DNA of 61,470 nt, counting the filler, from Globobulimina sp. (Eukaryota), in assembly GCA_003354225.1 (NCBI GenBank). It is 21 parts of 21 records of this genome, joined end to end, with 100 filler letters (N's around TTAATTAATTAA, not from the genome) between each part and the next. Parts side by side here need not be neighbours in the genome. Positions count along the whole stretch, not along the records: positions 43,991 to 46,821 come from PIVH01004706.1; positions 46,922 to 49,752 come from PIVH01004707.1; positions 49,853 to 52,682 come from PIVH01004708.1; positions 52,783 to 55,612 come from PIVH01004709.1; positions 55,713 to 58,541 come from PIVH01004710.1; 16 more parts are not named here. One strand, given 5' to 3'. Under the pieces are notes generated by a model that saw only the letters and a list, made by a program, of their open reading frames with translations, was not told the origin of the DNA and made no database searches. A program made the position numbers and the translations under genes. Below, piece after piece: positions 45,528 to 56,997 of this stretch. Each line of letters begins with the position of its first letter. Position 1 is the first letter of the stretch.

Positions 45528-46688
45528 TTATAATTTCGAACATAAACAAATATTTTGTTGCTCTCGGTGCTGTGGTGTGAAATCACAAACATTTGTTTGT
45601 ATATTAAATGTTTGTATATTATTACCTAGGCCTTTATAGCACTCTTGCTTTGTTGTATTAAGATATCGTATGGCCGGCGCATGCCTGGTTGTTATGCATT
45701 TGTTGCATTTTGTTGAGGAAATGAATTCATGATATTTACAATCTGTTGCTAGTATTACTGATGCAAATGATGAACAATGACTATTTTTATCCAATTTCAA
45801 GCAGCTATCATGGCAATTATCATTCGATTCTGCTATTATCAATTTAAATGATGCCGATAATAATGCCATAATGCTATATTGAGTTGATGGATAGAATGAA
45901 TTTCCATAACAATATTTATGTTGCTGGTCAGTATAATATCGGTTGTGAACAGTTGATTTGGATGAGGTTCGGCAAATATATTTACAGGTATCATATTTAT
46001 ATACATTTTGAATGGATGAATCAAATGCTTTGCCTGTAAAACTATTCAAGCAAAACCCAATGCAGCCGGTGTATGAATCGCAACATTCGCACTTGTTTTC
46101 GACAAACAACTGATAAGGAACATGTTGGTTATGTTGTGTGGTGCATTTAGAACATGATATCGTATCCGTAATGTTTGTTATACCACCCTCTGAGCAGCAA
46201 CCTGTCTTTCTATGTATTAAATTAATATCATTGATGCTAATTATTTAATTAAAATGCATTTATATAACTCAACTGGTTGATGTCTGATAATTTGCATGTC
46301 TGAGTTTTAGAATCAATAGAGAATTCACCTAATTTTGTGTGATCGCATATGTTTGAATTGTGCCAATATGACTTTGAATTCTGTTTTATATTGTTTGATA
46401 AAAAAACAAATCAAAGAATGTACAAAGGATAAATACAGAACATACATTAAATAGTATATTGGGTAAATGCAGCCTATTTTCTGGTCTCTGTATGAATAAA
46501 CTCTGAGGCGTCTCTGAGTTTGAAAATTCTAGGACTTGGTAACGTACGTTTTGGAATACATTCAGAATGTTATTGAAACAAAAGTAACATATTCCAATGA
46601 ACAAAATTAAAATAATGGAAGGGAGCGAATGCTGCCGATAATTGCATCTATTTGAAATCTGTGAATTTACTCCTTTTGCGCGGAACAT
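45528..46688 (-). CDS. Intron-split type II membrane protein with Cys-rich repeats
   Basis: N-terminal TM (SIILILFIGICYFCF) in ORF 46386-46688. The Cys-rich 3' exon has NCHDSC...C...APA...C...C...ICLC, reminiscent of the MGAT5 C-terminal region. Exon junctions not resolved. Confidence 0.45.
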
Positions 46689-47043
46689 TTGAAATCTATT
46701 TAAAACAAATATTAATTATGAAATATCATGGACTCATGATGCAAATCGCATGTTGTGCTTGTTATAATGTTATTGGATGTCATTCCATATATACAAGGTG
46801 TGTTGGAATAAATACACGATTNNNNNNNNNNNNNNNNNNNNNNNNNNNNNNNNNNNNNNNNNNNNTTAATTAATTAANNNNNNNNNNNNNNNNNNNNNNN
46901 NNNNNNNNNNNNNNNNNNNNNCACGCCACACGCCACACGATAGTGAACAAAATTTGCATATTAAAAAAATAAGAGTGGATAGGAACACATATATAAAAAG
47001 AAACGATATAAATATATGAGTGAGTGATATGATATCATATCAT

Positions 47044-47964
47044 TTACACGATGCTACTAACTGTTGTATCAGCTTCCACATTTGCTGTTTGATGCGTTAC
47101 ATTATGATCGGTAATGTGTTTGCTCATCATAACAGATTGCTTATTGTTTGCATACATCGTTATTTTGGTACAACAACAACGACAAAGAGAATGAGGATAA
47201 AAACATATCTTTGAATAAAATGATTTACACGAATTACCACACAATGCAACGCAGACAGTATTTAAATAGACATGATTTAATTCAGTATAACGATAAAATA
47301 TTTCAATGTTGTCGTCACGATAAATAGTAGTGATGAGGTGAGTGATTGTGCCAAATAATATAACTGATGTCAATACTGTTATTTTTGTAATTGCACACAT
47401 TATCTTACCATCTATATCTTGTTTGCTGTCTTGGCGTAATCGATGTATTCCGAATAATTTGTATACAAATAACATACACAGTAATACAGTAATGACACTT
47501 GAACCAAATCCAACCATAAATTCACGAAGTAAATGATTATATGTGTACATTATAAATACGATTATATTTAATAATAGAAATAGCACAAATAAAATATAGA
47601 AAACAATCACTACGGTTTTGGATAATCTGAATATAGATTCTTCAAAAACACGCCATAATTTAGCAAATAATATTACAAGCAACAAATAAGACTGAATAAA
47701 AAATACGGTTAAAAATATCTGCTCAATCATTTCATTCATTTTATGAATTATGAATATCATTTTGTTTGATATCATTGCTTGAAAAGCCGTTAGCAATATT
47801 GCAAATATTGAGCAAATAAAGAATGAAATCATAATAATTTTTTGAACCATTGTTTCTTCTTTCATAGTAACAATATATTTGTGCACGAAAACAACTGCAG
47901 TTATCACAGCAATCACGCTAGCAATTATATAAGCAATTGTTAAAGCAAAATCCAAAAAATACAT
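47044..47964 (-). CDS. Seven-transmembrane GPCR-like protein
   Basis: Seven hydrophobic spans and a Cys-rich juxtamembrane tail (YSKIC...CRCCC). Confidence 0.65.
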   Translation of the reverse strand: MYFLDFALTIAYIIASVIAVITAVVFVHKYIVTMKEETMVQKIIMISFFICSIFAILLTAFQAMISNKMIFIIHKMNEMIEQIFLTVFFIQSYLLLVILFAKLWRVFEESIFRLSKTVVIVFYILFVLFLLLNIIVFIMYTYNHLLREFMVGFGSSVITVLLCMLFVYKLFGIHRLRQDSKQDIDGKIMCAITKITVLTSVILFGTITHLITTIYRDDNIEIFYRYTELNHVYLNTVCVALCGNSCKSFYSKICFYPHSLCRCCCTKITMYANNKQSVMMSKHITDHNVTHQTANVEADTTVSSIV

Positions 47965-48137
47965 CTTCAACCAATCTGCGGTTTAGCTAACTTCGGTTAC
48001 TCAGTTTTTGGATCAAAAACAATACTTATATCTCTATATCTTTCCTCTATATATATATCCACCAACTTGATTATTAATGACGTCAAAAAGCTTATGTATT
48101 AAATATTAATATTTTAACATGTTAAGCTGCTCTGCAC

Positions 48138-49752
48138 ATGTCATTGTCCTCCGCATCATCGACAAGATCGTCAACATCGTCAACACCAACTATTACAGGC
48201 TATCGTAATCGTGTCAATACTTTAATATATGCACCGCAATTGCAAGTGGATGTTGCGCGCCAAGAATTGAATGAAAAATGTTGTCTTATTCGAATGCAAT
48301 ACCATCCGTGTTTTCGTGTAACTTTTGAAGTTATCTGGAGATTACTGTTCATCATGGATTTATTCTTTGATATCGCATTATGTCTTCAATACACAACTTT
48401 CAGCACAATTTGGTGGTTATTTGTATCTGTTTTTTGTATTCCTTACATATTGTCATCAATTGTATTATTTCTACCTTTTCATCGAAGAATTACCGACCGA
48501 GAAAAAGCTATGTCCAGACCATGCCCAATTTTATACGACATAACAATTGTCATATTATACAGTATATTTTGCCTGCCATGCATTGTTCTTTTCGACTTAT
48601 ACATTTGTACTCGATTAATTATCACTGATTTGTCAACAACACGATATTTTTTGTATTACTGGAGATTGAAAACTTTGGTCGAATTGACTTTTGAAGCAAT
48701 TCCTCAAACCATTCTATTAATATGCATTGGTTTGGGACTACTTGATACGTCAAACGCTGCTGCATCAAATATAAATGTTCAAATGTTATATGGTTCATTG
48801 TCAATGTCGATTTTATGTCTAATATGGTATTGCATGGTAATCTATTCTGGCGCACAAAGCACCAAATTATCAGTATTTGACTATTTATTCAAATACTATA
48901 TTATGCAGGGAATGGATATGATACCTTATCAAGAAGCAATCACTCAAAATTTATTAAGCGATTTTATATTAACATCGGAAAATTTAACGTTATCGGAATG
49001 GACACAATTAATAAAAGATCTATTCCGAAATTTTAGTATTGTACAGTTTGATATTTCGGGTCAACAGCATTTACACTTTTCTTTATGGCTGGAATTGTTT
49101 GAATCTTTGGCTAATAATAACTTAACAACCTTGAAATTGAGAGACTGTTTTATCTTTCATCCAGATAACAGGCTTTCCAATTCAATTAAAAAAAAACATT
49201 CTTACCAATTCAACCAATCTGAACAGAATGCAAATAACTCAAATAAGTCAAATAACAGTTTAAATTTATTAAAAGCTGGATTCACTTCGTTGATATTAAA
49301 TGTACCGTCATTGGTTATTATTGATATTGGCAATAATTGTTTATCGAATGTACTCCGTGGACTCATAAAACCGATATCAAAATTAAAAAAGTTAAAAGAA
49401 TTATATTTAGATAGAAACAGATTATTCGAAACAGAATTAATTGAAAACGAATATACTATGTTGCTCAGAGGTTGTGTATCGTTAACAATATTGGATTTAT
49501 CTGGTAATCAGTTAAACGATACAGATATAGATATAATATGTAATTCAATTCAAAAATGTAAAGAGAAAAAGAGATTACAATCATTGGAAAAAATAAATTT
49601 AAATGAAAATAAGATCACCATTCATGGCGCAAATAAATTATTAAAAACTATACAACAATTTAGAAAATTAGCAATTACATTACAGCAAAATAATATTAAG
49701 GATCAGGTATTTGAAGATATGCAATCAAAATCTGCTATCAATATATTGATTG
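48138..49752 (+). CDS. XK-related membrane domain fused to RI-like leucine-rich repeats (3' partial)
   Basis: MDLFFDI, ELTFEAIPQTILL (XK ExxPQ motif), SLSMSIL; LRRs LTTLKLRDC, LKELYLDRNRL, LTILDLSGNQL, LEKINLNENKI. Confidence 0.7.
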
Positions 49753-50168
49753 NNNNNNNNNNNNNNNNNNNNNNNNNNNNNNNNNNNNNNNNNNNNTTAA
49801 TTAATTAANNNNNNNNNNNNNNNNNNNNNNNNNNNNNNNNNNNNNNNNNNNNAATTGGAAGATGGCCGAACATTAAGGTGTGTCCAGTACAGCCCACTGT
49901 CAATGCAAATAAATATATTAATCATTTTGTTTTATATTTAGTGATTACAACATCCAAAAAGAAAGTACCTTTTATTACTCAGATGCGGGTAGATGTGCAT
50001 GATGTTACTCAGATGCGGGTAATGATTTCGATGACCACTGGTTGTTTTTATATCCTGTTTGTAAGCGCCCTCCATACGGATGGCGTTCCTTATGTTGCAA
50101 AGCCATGTATGAGAAATAAAAACGGTCAGGAACCGAAAATCTTTAGTTATTTGTCTGTGAGGGTCGAC

Positions 50169-52103
50169 ATGCTTAGCAAACACCATCAAGAACCGATTGG
50201 TTCCCTGTTGAGATCACAACACCTTATCTCATCATTTGATACCACAGAGTACAATACACTCATCCAATCATTCCTTGCCACATTAGACCGGAATAACACA
50301 TTATCATTGATTTTCAATTCATTATTACAATCAAAAGATACACAGCTCATTAATACCTTGGATGAAATTGTTTCGTCCATTTTGAATGACAGATTGAAGC
50401 AAAACCAATTCATTCCACAACAAAAATTAGCAGAAAATGCTCCATGGCCAGTTACCAACAATTGCAAATTTTTATTAATCGATTTACCGTCGAATATTAT
50501 TGAATCCATCGCATCAACATTGTGTTTGGACGATTTGCTTTCATTTGAAAAAACTACTCGATTTATATCGTCATCCTGCAGAACCTCACAAGCATCGAAA
50601 TTTCTCATCGGCCGGCATGGCACACAGGACTGGTTTAAAAAATTAATTAGTCTCAATTATCCATTCTATAATGAACACACCAACACATTAACACATCAAA
50701 GTAATTTGACATCATTTGTGCATCGGTGGAACAATCCAGTTTCAATGCAATTAAAATTAGGACGGAAAATCAGACGCGGAATTGATGATTTTAGCATGGA
50801 AAAACCACATTATCCGTGGTGTAAGGACAAATATTTACACTTTGTCGGAAATTTAGTGCTTAAACCACTGTTCAAAACCGTCAAAAATTTAGCACTGACC
50901 ACGAAGGATCATAATAATTTAGCATTATTCGATAACATTCAATATGAATTTCCCAACTTAGAGAGCTTAGCATTATGTGCAAGTTACTCGCATGATGTGA
51001 TACAATTTGTAGGCAATCATCGTTTCCCAAATCTGAAACATTTAAAATTTAGCTCAGTGCGCCATGATACATCATTGGAAGATAATATTTCAAGACAAAG
51101 TATGACTGATAGCTTATTAGATCCTGGCAAAGATTATACGGCGGATATTGTACAATTTCTGAATACATTGATTCCAAATTATGATTCTATTCACAAGTAT
51201 TTGGATCCAGACAATGAGCTCAATGAAATACAAAAAATTCATGCTGAATATGAAGAGTTGTCACTGGTTTATTGCATATTTGAGTCGCAAATTGGGCAAT
51301 ATGATGATTTATTCACGGATGCGTTTTCCAATCAAGATGTGATACGTATTGCAATGAGCAATATAAAGCGGTTGGAGTTTACTGCAGACACTGCAAATGA
51401 TACTATTTGTGTAAGATTGGTCGTCTCTATTTTGATGGAGCATAGTAAGAATTTAAGAGCGCTCCATATTGAAATACCCACTCCGCCAACGACGGCAATG
51501 ACTGTGCATGCAATAACTACGGGATTATATGATGTGGATTTAGATTTTAGTAATCTTAAAGAGCTTTCTGTTGGTATTCAATCAAATGACGTTGCACCTG
51601 TTTTGGGCTATATTGTAGAACGGTGTCACACTTTACAAAGTTTTAAACTCAGTATTCAACACAATGCAATTGCAAATGCAAATGCTATAGGCTCTAAATT
51701 GACATTAGAGGCTGTGTTGGATGGTGTAGTCCATTTTTGTGTTAATAATGCAGAAAGCCTGGAATATGTGGAATTTGGTATATATTGTAATGATAATGTG
51801 TCAATTACGACTTCGTTGTCTTTTTTGAGCTTTGCGATTAAACACTTGGATACCAGAAAATTGAGATCATGCAAATGGAAATTGATATTTCGTGACGATA
51901 ATCATGATATTGCAGATTATTATAGATATATAGGACTCGCATTGGTTACAATTCATGAATATTGTGTAGAATGTATTGTTGTTATACAGTCGAGGTCTCC
52001 TGCTGAGGAATTGGGTGAAGCATTATTGCAATATTTACCAAACATGTATGAACTGCATTGGAAAGATCGGTTTTCGTTGTCTCTCAAGAAAATAAAGTTA
52101 TAA
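50169..52103 (+). CDS. F-box protein with degenerate LRRs
   Basis: F-box LIDLPSNIIESIASTLCLDDLLSFEKTTRFI; FPNLESLAL, FPNLKHLKF, NLRALHI, NLKELSV. Likely ATG at 50169. Confidence 0.75.
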   Translation: MLSKHHQEPIGSLLRSQHLISSFDTTEYNTLIQSFLATLDRNNTLSLIFNSLLQSKDTQLINTLDEIVSSILNDRLKQNQFIPQQKLAENAPWPVTNNCKFLLIDLPSNIIESIASTLCLDDLLSFEKTTRFISSSCRTSQASKFLIGRHGTQDWFKKLISLNYPFYNEHTNTLTHQSNLTSFVHRWNNPVSMQLKLGRKIRRGIDDFSMEKPHYPWCKDKYLHFVGNLVLKPLFKTVKNLALTTKDHNNLALFDNIQYEFPNLESLALCASYSHDVIQFVGNHRFPNLKHLKFSSVRHDTSLEDNISRQSMTDSLLDPGKDYTADIVQFLNTLIPNYDSIHKYLDPDNELNEIQKIHAEYEELSLVYCIFESQIGQYDDLFTDAFSNQDVIRIAMSNIKRLEFTADTANDTICVRLVVSILMEHSKNLRALHIEIPTPPTTAMTVHAITTGLYDVDLDFSNLKELSVGIQSNDVAPVLGYIVERCHTLQSFKLSIQHNAIANANAIGSKLTLEAVLDGVVHFCVNNAESLEYVEFGIYCNDNVSITTSLSFLSFAIKHLDTRKLRSCKWKLIFRDDNHDIADYYRYIGLALVTIHEYCVECIVVIQSRSPAEELGEALLQYLPNMYELHWKDRFSLSLKKIKL

Positions 52104-52782
52104 TAATGGTGTTATCATATTGGGATAATAGTAATGTGAATGAAATTAGCTTTAAATTTGATTGTTTTAATAATATAAAAATAATGTCAAACTATATTTA
52201 TTGGTTATAAAAATAACCCTTTAATTTAACAATTATAATTTTCTTATTTTATTAAAAAACTTTGAACCATGTCCTCAATGCGAATGCGCCCATATTCGTA
52301 CCATCAGCAACTATAAAAACTAGTAATAATGAAAGCAAAATCACCTCTAAAGTATACAGAAACGAATTAAATTAATTCTTCGTTCATCCTGCCACTCCAA
52401 ATTTATCTATGAGTATGAACGAAGAATTAACCTCATTTATCATCTTACCACCACATCACACAAACATGTGTTCAGAACAGCGTGCTACAAACGATTGATT
52501 TATTGATTGGAGGATATTTAAGAGATGTTGGTTTACAATATTTTGTTACTGCATTAAAAAATGGGGTTGAGGTTTCCTAGGAGGTCACTCTCATTGACTT
52601 TTTAGTCGCATTTGTCATTTGAATAGTCACTTAGTAACTACGTAGTCACTTACAATAACTAAATAGTCAATGAATTTTGTTGNNNNNNNNNNNNNNNNNN
52701 NNNNNNNNNNNNNNNNNNNNNNNNNNTTAATTAATTAANNNNNNNNNNNNNNNNNNNNNNNNNNNNNNNNNNNNNNNNNNNN

Positions 52783-54264
52783 TTATCAAATGCAAATACA
52801 AAGGAAAAAGATGAAATTGAAGAAATATATGAAGAAGAATTCGAAGATGAGGATGATGAGAATTTATTTATGCCAATAACACCGACATTATCTGGTTCAG
52901 CATTACGTGCGTTATTATCACAATTACGAAGGAAATGTAAAACCTTACAATTTAAAAGTAAACAGCAACGAAAATATATTATAAATGTACGAAATGAAAT
53001 CAATTCTTCGCAAAATGAAATATCAAATCAAAAAATACAAATATACGATCATGAACAAAGTATAATAATGCTACAAAACCAAAATGATGTTTCCCATTTA
53101 GAGTATTTGCGTGGTGCCGAATTACACCAAACAAGACAGGAATTAGTCTTTATAGTTAATAAAATGAATGAGTTGCAAGCGGATAATTTAAATCTCAAAC
53201 AACAAATGAAATTACAAGAACTGGACCATTCCACTTATAATAAATCATTAAAAGACGAATATCAAAGGTTGCTAAGAGAGATAAATCAACACAAAGTATT
53301 ATTTGATCAGAGAGGCAGAGAAATAAAGGGATTAAAAGAAAGCAACGACAATCAAAATGAGGATTTTTCAGAGCAAATGAAGCAAACAAACAGCTCCAAA
53401 GAAGAAATGAATAGTAAATTAATAACAGTCACGCAGCAATTAGCCACATTGCGAAAGAATTACGAAGACATAAAAGAGAAATTCAGCAAATTGAAGAAAG
53501 ATTTTGAATTGGAACTGGAGGAAAAGGAGCAAAATATCATCTCATTGACTCGCGTCAAAAATAATTTAGAACAGGAAATTGAAGCATTATGCCGCACGAA
53601 TAGGAATTTCCGAGAAATAAGAAACAAATCAACCTCACAATTATTAGAATCGCAAAAGTATGAAATTGATTCCATGAAACAACAAATCGGTCAACAATAT
53701 GAGAAATATTTGGAACAAGAAAAAATAAAAAATGATAAATTGGCGCAATTATTAAAAGAAAAGGATATGGAAATCAATAATATGAAGAATAATGGTAATA
53801 ATAATAATAATTACGACTATAATGAAACTTTGGAGATGTTGGAAACTGAAAATAACGAATTACGGAAAAAATTAGAAGAAAATTCGGATCCGTACAATTA
53901 CAATGAATTTAATGCATCGACAGCATCATCATCGATGGCCATGGACGAATTTGGAATATTAATGCTGAAATCCGCAAAGGAAGAAATTGAACAATTGAGG
54001 CAAACAAATGAAAAATTAATGAAATTGCATGCAAAAAATCATTTTAAAAAGCCAAGAATGCAGGATCAAGAAACACAAACTTATGATGGAACAACAAATT
54101 CACCAAATTCATCATTCGGCAGTATTTTCAATCAATCAACAATTGGCAATGAAGATAACCACCAATTTGAAGAGTTGTCATGTTCGCCATCAAAGAGTGA
54201 TAAAGTATTAATTAATGATTTGAGCATAGTCACAACTGTTGATAATTCATTCACAAATTCTTGA
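52783..54264 (+). CDS. Long coiled-coil protein (5' partial)
   Basis: Open from the contig edge; heptad-rich E/K/Q/L composition. Confidence 0.75.
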   Translation, partial: LSNANTKEKDEIEEIYEEEFEDEDDENLFMPITPTLSGSALRALLSQLRRKCKTLQFKSKQQRKYIINVRNEINSSQNEISNQKIQIYDHEQSIIMLQNQNDVSHLEYLRGAELHQTRQELVFIVNKMNELQADNLNLKQQMKLQELDHSTYNKSLKDEYQRLLREINQHKVLFDQRGREIKGLKESNDNQNEDFSEQMKQTNSSKEEMNSKLITVTQQLATLRKNYEDIKEKFSKLKKDFELELEEKEQNIISLTRVKNNLEQEIEALCRTNRNFREIRNKSTSQLLESQKYEIDSMKQQIGQQYEKYLEQEKIKNDKLAQLLKEKDMEINNMKNNGNNNNNYDYNETLEMLETENNELRKKLEENSDPYNYNEFNASTASSSMAMDEFGILMLKSAKEEIEQLRQTNEKLMKLHAKNHFKKPRMQDQETQTYDGTTNSPNSSFGSIFNQSTIGNEDNHQFEELSCSPSKSDKVLINDLSIVTTVDNSFTNS

Positions 54265-54583
54265 TATTTAATTTAATGCTTGAAACAAGAAAGAAGACTA
54301 AAGAAAGTTGAATGTCTAAATATGACTCTGTCACTCTGACCGTATTTTAATTGTTTGCTACCGTATTTTAATTAAGTACAATGAAATACTGTATACTGTT
54401 TTTTTACAGATATTCGGGTTTTTTTTATATTGAATGGGCGACCAGAAATTTCAAAAATTGAACAGTTCTTTCTGTGAAAACCTTTCAAGTAAAGTAGATT
54501 TTTCGTGTTTTTGAGAATTATTGAAATTCTTCAAGTGACGGGCCTGTACAATGCAATATGAGTTGGAACACGTTGTGAATGTA

Positions 54584-55537
54584 TTATAAACATGGTGTGA
54601 GTACATATTGTGTTGCATAATATTGAAGAGAGCTATTATTTATCCACCAACTATCTTTTTGTATGTAATAATAATAATCCTCAATGATTGACGCTTGTTG
54701 TTCTATTCCAAAATCAAAAAAATCTTTCCCTTCATACAATGCCTCATCCAAATCACCATAATCATAATTATTAACATCAGGTGGCTTTAATATTGCGCCA
54801 AACAAAAAATTAACTCCATCCGTTCCATAGAACATTCCATAATTAAACTGCCAAATATGTGCTAGTTCATGAATAAAGGCGTAATCATATATTACATGAT
54901 CACTGCTGACAATATGTACTGTATCGAAATATACATATGCTGCGGCATTAAAATTTACATCATCAAAATAATTGTTAACCATTGAGGATTGTGTTACATC
55001 TCTTACTTTAACCATTGATACATCTAAATTACAATCGAAAAATGTTTGAGATTTATTCAAATAATTTTTATATTTCTCAGTATAATTACCATGCGTCAAT
55101 GCATTATAACTGTATGCATTTGGAAATATACTTAAATTCGGCACAAATGTGGAAATCAATATTTCCATCACAAATAATAATATCAAATATTCAAATATTG
55201 AGATTAAACTGCGTATTATAACCCATTTTCTTATTTCGTTTCTGTGAATATGACATATCATAAATAATCCAAATACAATGAACTGCAGTATCAAAAACAT
55301 AAACAATGTCCAAATTGGAATTGTTGTAACAGATAAATTGAATGATAAACATGCAAATATGAACATTAGTAATAAAGACAAAAATGAAACAAAAATAAAA
55401 ATAAATATTTCAATCACAAAATAAATACAGTTCTTCAAATTATTGCAGCCACAATGTTCTTTTTTATCACTATTCTCATGATCCAAGTTTGCAGCCGATG
55501 CATTGGTGGTAATTAAACCTAATTCTGTTGTCGACAT
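54584..55537 (-). CDS. Three-TM protein with C-terminal zincin (HExxH) domain of bacterial DUF4157/Rhs-associated type
   Basis: Three hydrophobic spans, then LDVSMVKV, FIHELAHIWQ, YDY, F.DFGIEQQASIIEDY; intronless. Confidence 0.7.
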   Translation of the reverse strand: MSTTELGLITTNASAANLDHENSDKKEHCGCNNLKNCIYFVIEIFIFIFVSFLSLLLMFIFACLSFNLSVTTIPIWTLFMFLILQFIVFGLFMICHIHRNEIRKWVIIRSLISIFEYLILLFVMEILISTFVPNLSIFPNAYSYNALTHGNYTEKYKNYLNKSQTFFDCNLDVSMVKVRDVTQSSMVNNYFDDVNFNAAAYVYFDTVHIVSSDHVIYDYAFIHELAHIWQFNYGMFYGTDGVNFLFGAILKPPDVNNYDYGDLDEALYEGKDFFDFGIEQQASIIEDYYYYIQKDSWWINNSSLQYYATQYVLTPCL

Positions 55538-55715
55538 ATTTAACAAAAACACCTAAACCATGCTGTAAATGCCATGGTCAGTTGACTCAAAACAAGATAA
55601 AAAAAACAACAGNNNNNNNNNNNNNNNNNNNNNNNNNNNNNNNNNNNNNNNNNNNNTTAATTAATTAANNNNNNNNNNNNNNNNNNNNNNNNNNNNNNNN
55701 NNNNNNNNNNNNTAC

Positions 55716-55982
55716 TTACCTTAGCGCGTCTTCGCCATTCTTCGGGTTGTCATACTCAACGAAGGCGAAATCACCTTTGAATTCGATGTTGCTGACACTT
55801 CCGGCTTCTTCGAATATGCGTTCTAAGTCTTTTTGTGTCGCCTCGCGTGGAATATTCGCCACATAAATTTTGCGCGAATTTCGGGTTTGACCAAATCCTT
55901 TATTTTCTCCACCCACTGGTTTACCGCCACGACCACCTCCTCTATCCCCGTAACTGTTGTTGTTGTATGAATTGTAACTCAT
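55716..55982 (-). CDS. SR-protein-like RRM protein, first exon
   Basis: KIYVANIP.EAT.KDLERIF...GDFAFVEYD...EDALR, followed by a GTAAGT donor at the contig edge. Confidence 0.8.
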   Translation of the reverse strand: MSYNSYNNNSYGDRGGGRGGKPVGGENKGFGQTRNSRKIYVANIPREATQKDLERIFEEAGSVSNIEFKGDFAFVEYDNPKNGEDALR

Positions 55983-56199
55983 TTTGATTTAATTTGAGAT
56001 TAAATTGATTGAAATGAAACCGTGCAGTCAGTGCAAGGATTCTCTTGACTGCTGTTGAAAATGTAAATATTTGATCTACAAAAAAGTTTTTTAAGCTAAA
56101 CTTCGCAATCGACCCATCCCAGACAAGTAATTATTAATAATCATTATGGTTAAATAGAGAAAGAGTGCAAATCTGTTAAATAGAGAAAAATGGATACAA

Positions 56200-56949
56200 T
56201 TAATTACAAGCTGTAAATATACACGGCAACAGTAAATGTTTTATTTTGTTGGTTGTGCGCGAATTGTTTACTGTCGATTGGGTTGAGTTGATTTTTCTGC
56301 CTTTTAACCAGTTAACAATCATTGATCGTAATGTAGAGGCTGGTACTGGTTCAGTTCTTGTATACGTATTGTTTGCTACTCCTCTGGTTCGAGTGGCTTC
56401 TGTCAACGATGATGTTATGGTCCTTGATGGACGTGATGCCGCTGAGGAAGCCAACCGTGAATACCGAGTGGTTGTTTGCCTTCGCATTTGTTGTCTTGGA
56501 GGTTGCTGCTGCCGTTGGGCAATACGTTGATGGACCATTTGTTTCTTCACTTTGTTGGTTTTGGGTGGAGGCAATAAAGGTTTACGTTTACACTTTGGAC
56601 ATTCACCATTCCTGTCACACACAATTCGTATTAAACATCCAGTGCATAATTCAGAACCATGACAATCAGGGAAAAAGATGTTAAAATTAGTATTATTTGC
56701 ATCAGCTATTCTCTTCCATTCTTCTTCAGTCCAAGAGATATATAAACCTTCGTCATTTTGTTCTTTATCAAAACAGACAATACATGCATTGTCTTCATAT
56801 GGTTCATGATGATCATCCGACAATAAAGTGCGATAATTTCCAGCGGGTTTGTTGTATGCAGCGTTTGACGTTGAATGAGTAATGCTTGATAAGATCAATA
56901 GTGCACAAATAAATACAACAAATGTTGCTTTATTTGTATGCTGCAACAT
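56200..56949 (-). CDS. Protein with N-terminal hydrophobic segment, RING finger and low-complexity tail
   Basis: FVVFICALLILSSI; CIVC...CH...LCTGC...CPKC. Confidence 0.7.
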   Translation of the reverse strand: MLQHTNKATFVVFICALLILSSITHSTSNAAYNKPAGNYRTLLSDDHHEPYEDNACIVCFDKEQNDEGLYISWTEEEWKRIADANNTNFNIFFPDCHGSELCTGCLIRIVCDRNGECPKCKRKPLLPPPKTNKVKKQMVHQRIAQRQQQPPRQQMRRQTTTRYSRLASSAASRPSRTITSSLTEATRTRGVANNTYTRTEPVPASTLRSMIVNWLKGRKINSTQSTVNNSRTTNKIKHLLLPCIFTACN

Positions 56950-56997
56950 CCTGAAAACTATTTTCTACTCCAAAACTCACACTCACTCACTCACTCT

